This document shows, piece by piece, positions 36,365 through 46,259 of a stretch of DNA of 64,000 bases. The notes under the pieces are model-generated. The model made no database searches, was not told the origin of the DNA, and saw only the letters and a program-made list of their open reading frames with translations. The stretch comes from Ignavibacteriales bacterium (GTDB lineage Bacteria; Bacteroidota; Ignavibacteria; UBA10030), in assembly GCA_016193365.1 (NCBI GenBank), contig JACPSI010000017.1, positions 8,679 through 72,678 on the forward strand, read 5' to 3'. The number at the start of each line of letters is the position of its first letter. Position 1 is the first letter of the stretch. The translations under genes and the position numbers were made by a program.

Positions 36365-38047
36365 TTATTTTTGTTTCCAGCCCGGTCCCCGAACAACCTG
36401 GCCCGGTTTCGCCCCGGAGTGTTCTCCGTTCTTCAACACCTGGACGCCATTCACGAACACATGGACCATTCCGATTGAGTATTGGTGTGGTTTTTCGAAC
36501 GTTGCATGGTCTGCAATCTTGTTTGGGTCAAACACCACGACGTCCGCGTAATACCCGGGGATGAGTGCACCCCTGTTCTTGATTTTCAAGTTTGCTGCGG
36601 GCAGCGTCGTGAGCTTTCGGATTGCTTCTTCAAGCGGTATAATCTTTTCATCGCGAACGTATTTGCCCAGCAATCGCGCAAAATTCCCGAACGCCCTGGG
36701 GTGAGGGTTCGATTTCAAAAACACTCCCTCCGGAGCCGATGACTCGGCATCCGAGCCAAAACTTACCCACGGCAGCTTGATTTGCTTCTTCACGTTTTCC
36801 TCGGACATCAGAAAATACACAGTTTCGACCCGGCTATTGTCATCAATGACAAGGTCCATGGCCGTCTCTTCGGGAGATTTCCCGCGCATTACGGCGACTT
36901 CCGCCAGGGTTTTCCCGGTGAGATACTTCAAGCTGTCCGATTTAAACCCGGCCAATAAGACATTTTTTGGCGACCCTGCTCCAAGATAAAGATTCTCCCA
37001 TGCGTCTGTCGGCATTGTCATTTCTTTGTGCACTCGTTTTCGGATTTGAGAGTCCTGAAGTCTTTTTCTCCGTTCTTTGATACCGCCTTCCTGCACCCAC
37101 GGCGGCATCGATGCGTCGAGGCCTGTTGCGCCCGCTGTGTAGGTATACATGTCGGCTGTAATCTTCAATCCTTCCGACCGAGCCTTTTCCACTTTTCTTA
37201 TGACGTCATCGATCTTTTTCCAATTCGACTGCCCTGCCGCTTTCAGATGGTAAATCTCTGCGTTGATCTTTGCCTCGCGCGATATGGCGATCAACTCATC
37301 GACAGCCTCCAATAAACGATTTCCCTCGCTCCTCATATGTGAAATGTATAATCCGCCGGATTCCGACGCGACTTTGCAGAGTTCAATGAGTTCCGGCGTC
37401 TTCGCGTAGAATGCGGGCGCATAGATCAAAGAAGATCCGACTCCGAGAGCTCCTTCCTCCATCGCCTGCCGTACCAACTCCTCCATTCTCGTTAACTCTT
37501 GAGCAGTTGGAACGCGATCTTCATAGCCCAACACATGAATCCGCACCGTGGTGGTTCCGACGAACGAAGCCACATTGGTAGAGATACCGCGCTTCACAAG
37601 GTATTCCAAATACTCGCCCAGCGTTGTCCACTCGATCTTATATTTGATATCCCCCTGCTGCTCTTCGGACTCCTTTTTCATCGCTTCGCTGAGTGGCCCC
37701 ATAGACCATCCTTCCCCAAACACTTCGAGCGTCACACCCTGACGGATATCACTCTGGGATCGCCCATCGTGAATCAGAGACTCAGTTGCCCAGCTCAGCA
37801 TGTTGATAAACCCCGGCGCAATTGCCAAACCCGTTGCATCGATTTCGGTTTTTCCGCGAATGTTGTCCCATTTGCCCGTGGCTACAATCTTGTCTCCGTT
37901 GAGAGCAACATCGCCGACGATACCCGGCTTTCCACTTCCGTCGAAAATGGTTCCGTTGCGTAGAATGACATCGTACACAGTTTCCTGACCGTATCCTGCA
38001 ACGAGCGGGAACCCGAACATGGTGATATATGCAAAGAGCTTCTTCAT
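36365..38047 (-). CDS. N-acyl-D-amino-acid deacylase (amidohydrolase), exported
   Basis: Signal peptide; APGFINMLSW, SHMRSEG, YHLK, GSD, HPRAFGNF and G..AD.V.FD. Confidence 0.85.
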   Translation of the reverse strand: MKKLFAYITMFGFPLVAGYGQETVYDVILRNGTIFDGSGKPGIVGDVALNGDKIVATGKWDNIRGKTEIDATGLAIAPGFINMLSWATESLIHDGRSQSDIRQGVTLEVFGEGWSMGPLSEAMKKESEEQQGDIKYKIEWTTLGEYLEYLVKRGISTNVASFVGTTTVRIHVLGYEDRVPTAQELTRMEELVRQAMEEGALGVGSSLIYAPAFYAKTPELIELCKVASESGGLYISHMRSEGNRLLEAVDELIAISREAKINAEIYHLKAAGQSNWKKIDDVIRKVEKARSEGLKITADMYTYTAGATGLDASMPPWVQEGGIKERRKRLQDSQIRKRVHKEMTMPTDAWENLYLGAGSPKNVLLAGFKSDSLKYLTGKTLAEVAVMRGKSPEETAMDLVIDDNSRVETVYFLMSEENVKKQIKLPWVSFGSDAESSAPEGVFLKSNPHPRAFGNFARLLGKYVRDEKIIPLEEAIRKLTTLPAANLKIKNRGALIPGYYADVVVFDPNKIADHATFEKPHQYSIGMVHVFVNGVQVLKNGEHSGAKPGQVVRGPGWKQK

Positions 38048-38070
38048 AAATTGCCTTGTGATTCTCTGTT

Positions 38071-39585
38071 CTATTTTTTCTCGGCTTTTTTGAAGTCTCC
38101 AACGCCTTCCCACTTCATGAGTTCTACCTTCCCGTCGCTGTTCAGCGTAAACGTGATGAAGTCTTTATCCATTTTTTTGTCACGCCAGACAACTTGAAAA
38201 GCATCATAGTTCCAATGATCTACGTTGCCGACATAGGTTGGATAGAAACTGAAAACGAGCTTACCGCCTTCCATCGACACTTTTGTCTCCCCATACATCT
38301 CATGCTCATATGTTCCTGTGTAGGAATCCAGTGCGAGCGAAGGCTTCGTTCCCTGGACCCTCGCGTCGAGCTTCTTTTTCTCCTCAGCTTTGCCTTTTTC
38401 TTCCTGATCACGGAAGTTCTTCAGGAGAATCGCATTCCAATCCTTTTCCGGGGCTCCAAAATAATGATCTAAAATCCGATAACCGATGGCTCCGTGCAAT
38501 GGGCTTCGGGATGAGTTCAGTAGAATCACAAAACCGAGTTTTTCTTCCGGAACAAAAGCAACCCGGGCGCGCATGCCGTCGAGTGCACCGTCATGCTGGA
38601 TCAATTTGCGGCCAAGATAGTCTCGCAACGTCCAACCCAATCCGTAGGATGCAAAGTGCATCGACGGCCAGAGTGCTTTCGTCGTGGAATCAAGCGGAAT
38701 GATCGCCTGCGGTGATTGCATTTCCTCAACAACCTTTTCACTCAATATTTCTTTCCCGTTGAGCATTCCGTCGTTGAGATTCAGTCGGATCCAATGTGCA
38801 TAATCCACCACATTTGAGTTGACAGTGCCTGCAGCACCGACATTATCGTAGTTCGGCCACTCGATAGGCTGGAACCTATCGTCGATTTTCACGTGATGCG
38901 TTGCGACGTCAGTGAATTTTCGAAGGTCCTTGACACTTGTCGTTGTGGAAGTCATTCCCAGAGGCGTGAAGAGTCTTTCCTTCATAAATTCATCCCAGCT
39001 TTTGCCGCTCACCGCTTCAACCACTTCTCCCGCAGCGATATACATGATATTCTGATAGCCGTACCTGCTTCGGAGGCTCCATGCCGGTTTCAAATGCCGG
39101 ACTCTGCGAATCACTTCTTCCCTGCTGTGAGGGGATTGATACCAGAGCAGATCTCCACGAGCAAGGCCCGAGCGGTGACACAGGAGGTCTCGAACTGTCA
39201 ATTCACGTGTGACATAGGGGTCATAGAGTTGAAACCACGGAAGATGTTTCGTGACCGGGTCGTCCCATTTTACTTTTCCCTCGTCCACGAGCATACCGAG
39301 ACACGCCGCAGCCATCGCTTTCGTTGTCGATGCGCACGCGAAAATTGTTTTTTCTGTTACCGGCGCAGATTCTCCCATCTTGCGGACACCGTATCCCTTT
39401 GCGAAAACGACCTTGTCGTCTTTTACGATTGCGATGGCCAGCCCCGGCGTTTCCCAGTCTCTCATCGCTTTGAGAATGTATTCGTCGAGTCCTTTGATGG
39501 GAGCTTGCTGGCTCCGAACTGCCTGCGCGAGTACAAGCCACACAATGAATCCAAAGGTTACACGTCTCCTCAAGAAATTTCTCAT
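38071..39585 (-). CDS. Serine hydrolase (beta-lactamase/PBP-like + DUF3471), exported
   Basis: ASTTK (SxxK), YQN and HDG; signal peptide; AAGGAGG RBS. Confidence 0.88.
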   Translation of the reverse strand: MRNFLRRRVTFGFIVWLVLAQAVRSQQAPIKGLDEYILKAMRDWETPGLAIAIVKDDKVVFAKGYGVRKMGESAPVTEKTIFACASTTKAMAAACLGMLVDEGKVKWDDPVTKHLPWFQLYDPYVTRELTVRDLLCHRSGLARGDLLWYQSPHSREEVIRRVRHLKPAWSLRSRYGYQNIMYIAAGEVVEAVSGKSWDEFMKERLFTPLGMTSTTTSVKDLRKFTDVATHHVKIDDRFQPIEWPNYDNVGAAGTVNSNVVDYAHWIRLNLNDGMLNGKEILSEKVVEEMQSPQAIIPLDSTTKALWPSMHFASYGLGWTLRDYLGRKLIQHDGALDGMRARVAFVPEEKLGFVILLNSSRSPLHGAIGYRILDHYFGAPEKDWNAILLKNFRDQEEKGKAEEKKKLDARVQGTKPSLALDSYTGTYEHEMYGETKVSMEGGKLVFSFYPTYVGNVDHWNYDAFQVVWRDKKMDKDFITFTLNSDGKVELMKWEGVGDFKKAEKK

Positions 39586-39607
39586 GACAACCTCCTTCAT
39601 AAATTCA

Positions 39608-40870
39608 TCAGCTTAGATTTTCTTCAACTCTTACCAAACGTTTTGAGAGAAACACACATATTACTGTTGCGGAAACGGCGAACGCGCCTACCCATCCAAA
39701 ATTGTGCAGAGCGCGATCAGACCCGCTTACAATCACTAATCCTGCAACAAAAGACCCCAGCCCGGCGGACCAATGCTGAACCGAGGTGTTGAAACTCATG
39801 AAACTCCCGCGATTCTTCGACTCGACGCTTGCCGTAATCATTGCGAATGCGGGGACACCACGGCCTGAAGCCAGAACGAAAAAGAACGCCGAGAACACGA
39901 GTACGAGTATCAACGGAAGCGGTGGAAGCACCGTCATTAAAAAAATCGGAACAGTGGACATGAACGCGAGGTAAACAAAAACGCGTTGTTTACCGTACCG
40001 GTCGGCGAGCCTTCCAATATACCGGGAGCTAAAAAAAGTGCAAAATCCGCCCAATGCATACACGTACGTGAGCTCACCCTCTTCCAGTCCAACATTATAA
40101 ACCAGGTACGGGCTGATGAACGGAAACACGGTAAAACCTGCCAGCATCAGCATGATCATGAATGCATACACTTTAAGGTAGTTCTTGTTCTCGAGCATGA
40201 ATTTTAGCGTCTCGAGCGGGTTTCGGACGATTGCCTGCGCAAGGTGGCCATGAATGGGAGGAACAACCTGGGATGCAATAAGAAGAATAAGTGCACTAAT
40301 GCCGGCGAGAGACGTAAATGTCCAATGCCAGCCAAACTCTGTTGCAATATATAAGCCAATCGGCACGCCGATGACCGTGGCAAGCGAGAACGACGACATG
40401 ATAACACCCATTGCTGCCCCGCGCCTTTCGTAGGGTATGACATCCCCCACGATGGACAGAATGACGGACGCAAGAACGCCTCCAAACGCTCCTGCCAATA
40501 CCCTTGCCGCGATCAAAAGAATGTAATTCGGTGCAAGGGCACACATCCCGGTTCCGATCGCGAAGCCTGTATACAGAAAAAGAAGAGCTGTCCGGCGGTC
40601 AAACCGATCGACAAAGAAAGCTCCGAGCAATCCAAAAAACCCCGAGCTGAACGTATAGGAAGAGACGATAAGTCCGAATTCTTGTGAGCCAACTCCGAAC
40701 ACTCTCATGAACTGCGGGCCTAGGGGCATGATGATCACAAAGTCCAGAATGTTGGTAAACTGGATTGCCGCAAGAACTGCTAACAGAAGGCGCTCTTTCC
40801 GGATGTTTGTTGCCGCCGGTGGCTGTGTCCGGGAGTCCGCTGCGTGCTGTGACTCGGCCATCGTTGACAT
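39608..40870 (-). CDS. MFS transporter
   Basis: DF.I.MPLGP, DRFDRR and GRLADRYGK; about 12 TM. Confidence 0.9.
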   Translation of the reverse strand: MSTMAESQHAADSRTQPPAATNIRKERLLLAVLAAIQFTNILDFVIIMPLGPQFMRVFGVGSQEFGLIVSSYTFSSGFFGLLGAFFVDRFDRRTALLFLYTGFAIGTGMCALAPNYILLIAARVLAGAFGGVLASVILSIVGDVIPYERRGAAMGVIMSSFSLATVIGVPIGLYIATEFGWHWTFTSLAGISALILLIASQVVPPIHGHLAQAIVRNPLETLKFMLENKNYLKVYAFMIMLMLAGFTVFPFISPYLVYNVGLEEGELTYVYALGGFCTFFSSRYIGRLADRYGKQRVFVYLAFMSTVPIFLMTVLPPLPLILVLVFSAFFFVLASGRGVPAFAMITASVESKNRGSFMSFNTSVQHWSAGLGSFVAGLVIVSGSDRALHNFGWVGAFAVSATVICVFLSKRLVRVEENLS

Positions 40871-41749
40871 TTATTGAAGCGGTATGGTGATGAGCACTTT
40901 GTTGCCGGGTGGAAAGAACTGAAGTTCAAGATACTCTCTGCTAATGGCAATACCACGGCCGTGATTATCAAAAACTCTGATTTCATCCAGATTCAAGTAC
41001 TTTTGCCAGTCGAAACCGGACCCCTGGTCCTCAATCAAAAGTGTGAGCTTTGTAGTATTTCGGTTCAACGTGACGCGCACGTACTTGCTCACGTTTTCAG
41101 GCAACTTGAGCCTCCGGTCAACATCAGCGCGCCATGTGCCGTTTGTCACGAGGGCAGTTTTATCGGCATAGGAAATGCCAAGGTTACCGTGCTCAATGGC
41201 GTTAATCAACATCTCCGAAATGCCGAGCACGTTGTTTGGTGAGGGCGTGGCATTTGCCAGCCTTGATGCAAGATACTCCGCCTCGCCGAGTGTTCGGACA
41301 CGGAACTCGGCGTCATACAAGAAGCCAAACGGATTGTCTCCTTCTTTGATTTTCTGAATCAGAGATTTCTTGTACTGCAAGTCGGAGACTGCCGCCTTCA
41401 GAATCGAAAGCATGATGTCTTTTTGAATGGGCTTTGTCAGATAGTAAAAGGCGCCGGCGTCAATCCCCTCCTTAATGTCCTCCGGGCTCATCTTGGCAGT
41501 CTGCATGATGACAGGGATATTCTCGTAGCGGTCGTTTTGCTTCATCCATTTCAACAGATCAATGCCCGACATGCGCGGCATCGTCCAATCAAGAATAATG
41601 GCTGAGAATTCGTCGGGACGTACCTCGATGACCGCCTGCGCTTCAACTCCGTCAGAAGCGCCTTCGGCTTCATAGCCTTCACTCTGAAGAAAAAGTGAAG
41701 TCACTTGCACTATTCCCGGTTCGTCGTCGACTACAAGAATTTTATCCAT
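40871..41749 (-). CDS. Response regulator receiver fused to an RsbW-like HATPase domain
   Basis: ILVVDD, LDWTMP and YLTKP; EMLINAIEHGN, DQGSGF and HGRGI. Confidence 0.85.
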   Translation of the reverse strand: MDKILVVDDEPGIVQVTSLFLQSEGYEAEGASDGVEAQAVIEVRPDEFSAIILDWTMPRMSGIDLLKWMKQNDRYENIPVIMQTAKMSPEDIKEGIDAGAFYYLTKPIQKDIMLSILKAAVSDLQYKKSLIQKIKEGDNPFGFLYDAEFRVRTLGEAEYLASRLANATPSPNNVLGISEMLINAIEHGNLGISYADKTALVTNGTWRADVDRRLKLPENVSKYVRVTLNRNTTKLTLLIEDQGSGFDWQKYLNLDEIRVFDNHGRGIAISREYLELQFFPPGNKVLITIPLQ

Positions 41750-41888
41750 GGTCAGATTCTGAAAACTGAGGCGAGGTGAAATGTAGGAAAATGAATTGTG
41801 AAAAACAGGAGAATTATTCGCTTCCCCTGACCGCGACCGAATTCTGATTTCGCAATTTTGTCTGCGTCGAGGAGAATTCTCAGGGACT

Positions 41889-44198
41889 TCAAAAGAGATT
41901 TGCGACGGAGAGGGTTACAAACCAGTTTGAGGGTGCAGCAAAACGGCGGGTGCAATCCAATCGCAAGAGTCCGAAGATCCTGCTGATTCCTATTCCCGCC
42001 TCAGTATACCAACCGTTTGTGGTATTCACAGCAGGTTGAGAAAATGATCCTCGGCTCCATGAACGCGCGATCGTCCCCTGAACAATCAGCTCGATCCCAT
42101 TCTTGTACAAGAAAGGGACGTCAAGGAGGAGGAATGGTGTGCTGCGGAAGTTGTGTTCGGCCGTGAGGAGCACAAACCGGTCTCCGCTGAATTCTTTTAA
42201 TCCTGCACCTCGTAGGACTCCAGGTGGCGCGTAGCTCAGAAGGGGGGAATCGAGAATGAACATACGTTGCGGCGGAAGGGCACCGGTGGATGTTCCGGCG
42301 GTAAGTTTGACATGAAACGAAGGAGGAAATAGGACTCGGGATAAGAATGTCGTAAAGCGATACTCGGATCGAACCAGGAGACGGGTAAAGTCATAATCGC
42401 CTGAGAACGAGGATGGAGAAAACTCCGCTTCACACTCAACGAAATCCCTCGAGATGATATTCAACAGGATGGGATCCTGTCCATACCGCGCTTGGAAAGA
42501 AATGCTTCTCAAGGTTCCCTCCATCGCCGACGGATTGGTCCTGTAAAAATCCCCTTTGTAAAAGAGGCTGTAATTTGTCGTTTGAGTGGCGATTCTGTGT
42601 TCCTCAGCCCGGAATGCAGCGTCGATGCGCAGGAGACGAAGCGGCTTGAATGAGGCGAATACCTTCCACCCTCTTAGATAGTAATAATCCCTATAATCAA
42701 CCTTCGACAGCAAAGTTGATAATGCGTTTGAGAAATCTGAATGGAAGTTCTCGTCAGGGAAATGGCCGATTCCATGGAATCCCTCGAGGCCGAAGCTTAC
42801 TGAACGTATGGAATCAAGGAAAACTTCAGTCCCGACATTCCATTTCCCCTTCCTGTCGGAGAATCCATATCCGAGCGAAGCAAACGTCCGGAGAAAGGAA
42901 GTTGTGCTGTCGAAATCAAGGTTGCCGCCAAGAAAGAGGCCTTCTACGCGGTTGAAGCGAAGGCTCGCGTATTTTAGGGTCGAAGCAGCTTCTCCAAGGG
43001 CAGTCAACGGCCCGCTTGGTTGAAACTGTCTCTGAAAGGTCTGCGTGCTGTCCAGTTTTTGGTAGGCCACTTGTTCTTCCTTTGTGAGCGGGAGGACTTC
43101 ATGCCGTACCCAGAAGGAAGAATCGAATGATGATGCCTCAGCGCTGGTGGTTCGCCGCGGCTTTTTGAAGATGCTGTCGGGCAATTCGATGTTGATTTCG
43201 TAATCATAAATGGATGAGAGCGACTCAAACCCAATGCGCGGGAAGGTGACACCGGTAATTCCGATCTCTGCCGAACCATTCAGCCGTATATCCACAGGCA
43301 TCCAGAAGCGATTCTCGTACAACGAAAAATGTTGACTGTAGCGAAGCTGAATGTCGGTCACAAACGGCATAGCAAAAGACTCATTAGGACTCACTTCTAC
43401 CCCGGCCAGCACAAACCGGTCGTCCACAACATCGAGAGACCCTCGAAAGAGAGGCATCATACGGCTTTTAGGGTTGAGTTGAATAGTAATCACTTTTGTG
43501 CCTGCCAACTCCCTGGTTTTCTCCAGTTTGAAATCATAGTAATCAAAAGCGTCGGGCGCCGTCGGGCCGACGAAATTGAAACCGGCAAAGCGAATTTCGT
43601 CAAGATAGAAATTTACAATATTTCCGACACTTGCGATATTTGACGCTGCGGGGATATTGGCGGTTTGTCTTTTCTGCTTGATCACTTCTCTCAGAGTATC
43701 ACCCTGCTGCCAGTAGCCAGTCGAATACGTTTCGGCAATACTTGCAATGGACGTGTCGCGCAAGATGGTCTGGCGCGTGAAAGCCTGGAACTGATATGTC
43801 TTCAATGATTTCATCCATCGGCTTTTGCTTTCAATCACGCGTCGCATGATTTGAATCGCAGGGTCTTCTCCCGAGATGATGACCTCTGCCATCTGAATCG
43901 GCGCGGGCTGAAGTACAACATTGTATGCCGTGTTCCCTGCCGCCCTGATCCTGGCAGAGTCTGGCCGATATCCTACGTAACTAAATGTGACAAGGTGTGA
44001 ACCCGGCTCGAGCGAGATGCGGTACTCACCCTGGGCGTTCGAAATCGTTCCTTTTGACGTTCCGACAATCCTGATCGCTGCGGCAACGAGCGGTTGTTTT
44101 GTTTCCGCATCACGAACAAAGCCGGAGAGCGTAAAAGTCTGTGCGACAACAGATTGGAAGGTTTGGAGGAAAAATAAACATGAAGCGGAGAATCGCAT
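41889..44198 (-). CDS. Outer membrane protein, CarboxypepD_reg-like + DUF5686
   Basis: G.VRDAET..PL, GT.SN..G.Y, FSYVGY and FNRVEG; C-terminal barrel strands. Confidence 0.8.
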   Translation of the reverse strand: MRFSASCLFFLQTFQSVVAQTFTLSGFVRDAETKQPLVAAAIRIVGTSKGTISNAQGEYRISLEPGSHLVTFSYVGYRPDSARIRAAGNTAYNVVLQPAPIQMAEVIISGEDPAIQIMRRVIESKSRWMKSLKTYQFQAFTRQTILRDTSIASIAETYSTGYWQQGDTLREVIKQKRQTANIPAASNIASVGNIVNFYLDEIRFAGFNFVGPTAPDAFDYYDFKLEKTRELAGTKVITIQLNPKSRMMPLFRGSLDVVDDRFVLAGVEVSPNESFAMPFVTDIQLRYSQHFSLYENRFWMPVDIRLNGSAEIGITGVTFPRIGFESLSSIYDYEINIELPDSIFKKPRRTTSAEASSFDSSFWVRHEVLPLTKEEQVAYQKLDSTQTFQRQFQPSGPLTALGEAASTLKYASLRFNRVEGLFLGGNLDFDSTTSFLRTFASLGYGFSDRKGKWNVGTEVFLDSIRSVSFGLEGFHGIGHFPDENFHSDFSNALSTLLSKVDYRDYYYLRGWKVFASFKPLRLLRIDAAFRAEEHRIATQTTNYSLFYKGDFYRTNPSAMEGTLRSISFQARYGQDPILLNIISRDFVECEAEFSPSSFSGDYDFTRLLVRSEYRFTTFLSRVLFPPSFHVKLTAGTSTGALPPQRMFILDSPLLSYAPPGVLRGAGLKEFSGDRFVLLTAEHNFRSTPFLLLDVPFLYKNGIELIVQGTIARSWSRGSFSQPAVNTTNGWYTEAGIGISRIFGLLRLDCTRRFAAPSNWFVTLSVANLF

Positions 44199-44292
44199 TA
44201 CACGAGATACCAGACTACATAAAGGACCTGCAAGGAACGGTGACCGCCACCAAGTGGCGGCGTTATCCGCGTTTCATCACTCATTGGCGCAA

Positions 44293-44496
44293 CTAGCCTG
44301 CTTTTCGAACTTTCTCAAAAGTATGAACGACCTTTTGGTTTCCGCCTATGAGTTTAGCAACGATTGCAACGTCTCCATCCAATTGAGCAAGCCTGTCTTT
44401 CGCTTCCTTTACTGCTTCGCTTTCCGAATCATAAACCGCAGTAAAAAGGTTTTTAGGGACATCGAGGGTTTTCGTGACGAGAATTCGGTATTTCAT
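44293..44496 (-). CDS. Small hypothetical protein (67 aa)
   Basis: AGGAG RBS; fills an intergenic gap; co-oriented; protein-like composition. Confidence 0.6.
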   Translation of the reverse strand: MKYRILVTKTLDVPKNLFTAVYDSESEAVKEAKDRLAQLDGDVAIVAKLIGGNQKVVHTFEKVRKAG

Positions 44497-44521
44497 TGCG
44501 CTCCTGTTTTGGTTGTTGATT

Positions 44522-46237
44522 CTACTTTTGAAACATAATCTTCCCCCCGACGATGGTATACTCTATGTGCGCAGAGGGAATTTCATCTTCTGGAATTGTC
44601 ATAATGTCTTTTGAAAGAACTGTCATGTCTGCAAGTTTGCCCGGAGTTAATGACCCCTTGATATTCTCTTCAAATGCTCCATACGCCGCATTCAGCGTAT
44701 ACGATTTCAGCGCCTCCTCCCGGCTCATTTTTTGACCGCCGTAGAAAACGGAACCGTCTTTGAGTTTTCTTGTCACCGAGGCGTAAAAGCTCGCAAGAGG
44801 GTCAACATCTTCCACGGGGGCATCTGTGCCGTTCAGAATGACAGCGCCCGTCTTCATCAGCTTTTGCCAGACGTATGCTCCTTCCTCAGCGCGCTGAGCA
44901 CCCAGTCGAGCAATGACATAAGGCGCATCCGACGTGCAATGAATACCCTGCATCGAAGCGACAACGGCAAGTTTTCCAAACCTCGGAATGTCTTGGGTGC
45001 TGAGGTGCTGGGCATGCTCAACTCTCCACCGGAGCTCCTTTTTATTTGGATATTGCCCAAAAACCTGCTCAAAGATGTTCAGTGTCTCTCTGTTTGCTCT
45101 GTCGCCGATTGCGTGCACGCAAAACTGGTAGTCATGTTCGATTGCGAGTTTTGCTGTCATCATCATTTCCGGGACGGGGATGGTGTTGAGTCCTGTACTT
45201 GACGGCGAGTCCGTGTATGGTTCCAACAGCCAGGCACCCCTCGAGCCTAATGCCCCGTCAATAGACTTCTTGATTGCTCGAACGGTTAATCGGTTGTCGC
45301 CATAGCCAATCATCTTGTATTGTGCCAAATTCTTGGCGAGCAGGTCATTACTTTCTCGAATCATGACCCACAGCCGGAGGCGCAGATTTCCTTCGTCAAC
45401 GAATTTTTTGAGAAGGTCAATTATGCCAAACGAAGAGCCTGCGTCCTGGAAACTTGTGATACCTTTCGAGAGACACTCCTGCATCGCAAGCTCGATTTCC
45501 CTGCGGTCCATCGTTTCCTTTTCCTCGGGCGACCTTTTTGACCGTGCCTCTGCAAGCGCTCGCCGCACCAGGCCCTGTGCAGTTTCTCTCAGAACACCGG
45601 CCGGATTCCCTTCTTTGTCTTTGAGAATCTCGCCTCCAACAGGATTCTTCGTGGACTTTGTAATCCCCGAAATCTCGAGAGCTTTCCCGTTTACAAACGA
45701 TGCGTGTCCACTCGCATGTGTGAGTATTATTGGATTATTCGGCGAAACTTTGCTCAGAGATTCATGAAGGGGAAATCCTTCCACATGTGGCCCCGGACGC
45801 TTGTCCCATTTTTCCTGATGCCACCCTCTTCCAAGAATCCAGTCACCGGGTTTGGCCTGTTTGACAGCAGCGGCAACCATTTCAACGACCTCGTCCCAAT
45901 TCTTCACCTTCATCAGGTCGAGGTTCATTTTCGAAGCACCAATCCCGGTAAAATGTCCATGCCCTTCAATGAATCCGGGCACAACGAGCTTGCCGCCGAG
46001 GTCAATGACGTGTGTTCGATCGCCTACATACTGTTCTATCTCTTTGTTCGAGCCAACGGCAACAATCGCATCTCCTCGAACTGCAATCGCCTGTGCAACC
46101 GGGTTCTTTTCATCGACGGTGACAACTTTTCCGTTGCGGAGAACAAGGTCGGCGGGATCGACCTGCGGTGCGGCTCCAAACAACAGGACTCCCAGCACAC
46201 TCAAAGACCTTAATGCAAGGCTCTGACGAATGCCCAT
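44522..46237 (-). CDS. Amidohydrolase_3 (YtcJ-like), exported
   Basis: PGFIEGHGH, DGALGSRGA, HAIGD, RVEHAQ, GTDAP and GKLAD. Confidence 0.88.
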   Translation of the reverse strand: MGIRQSLALRSLSVLGVLLFGAAPQVDPADLVLRNGKVVTVDEKNPVAQAIAVRGDAIVAVGSNKEIEQYVGDRTHVIDLGGKLVVPGFIEGHGHFTGIGASKMNLDLMKVKNWDEVVEMVAAAVKQAKPGDWILGRGWHQEKWDKRPGPHVEGFPLHESLSKVSPNNPIILTHASGHASFVNGKALEISGITKSTKNPVGGEILKDKEGNPAGVLRETAQGLVRRALAEARSKRSPEEKETMDRREIELAMQECLSKGITSFQDAGSSFGIIDLLKKFVDEGNLRLRLWVMIRESNDLLAKNLAQYKMIGYGDNRLTVRAIKKSIDGALGSRGAWLLEPYTDSPSSTGLNTIPVPEMMMTAKLAIEHDYQFCVHAIGDRANRETLNIFEQVFGQYPNKKELRWRVEHAQHLSTQDIPRFGKLAVVASMQGIHCTSDAPYVIARLGAQRAEEGAYVWQKLMKTGAVILNGTDAPVEDVDPLASFYASVTRKLKDGSVFYGGQKMSREEALKSYTLNAAYGAFEENIKGSLTPGKLADMTVLSKDIMTIPEDEIPSAHIEYTIVGGKIMFQK

Positions 46238-46259
46238 TTTGCCTCTTGTATCGTTTTGA

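Noticed and set aside
38071-39585. Class C beta-lactamase resistance gene
   Set aside because: HDG instead of KTG plus a C-terminal DUF3471-like domain indicate a generic serine hydrolase
38893-39792. 299-aa plus-strand ORF
   Set aside because: Antisense shadow of the serine hydrolase and MFS genes
44244-44260. Short hairpin CCGCCAC-CAA-GTGGCGG
   Set aside because: Single copy with no U-tract; cannot be called a terminator or repeat
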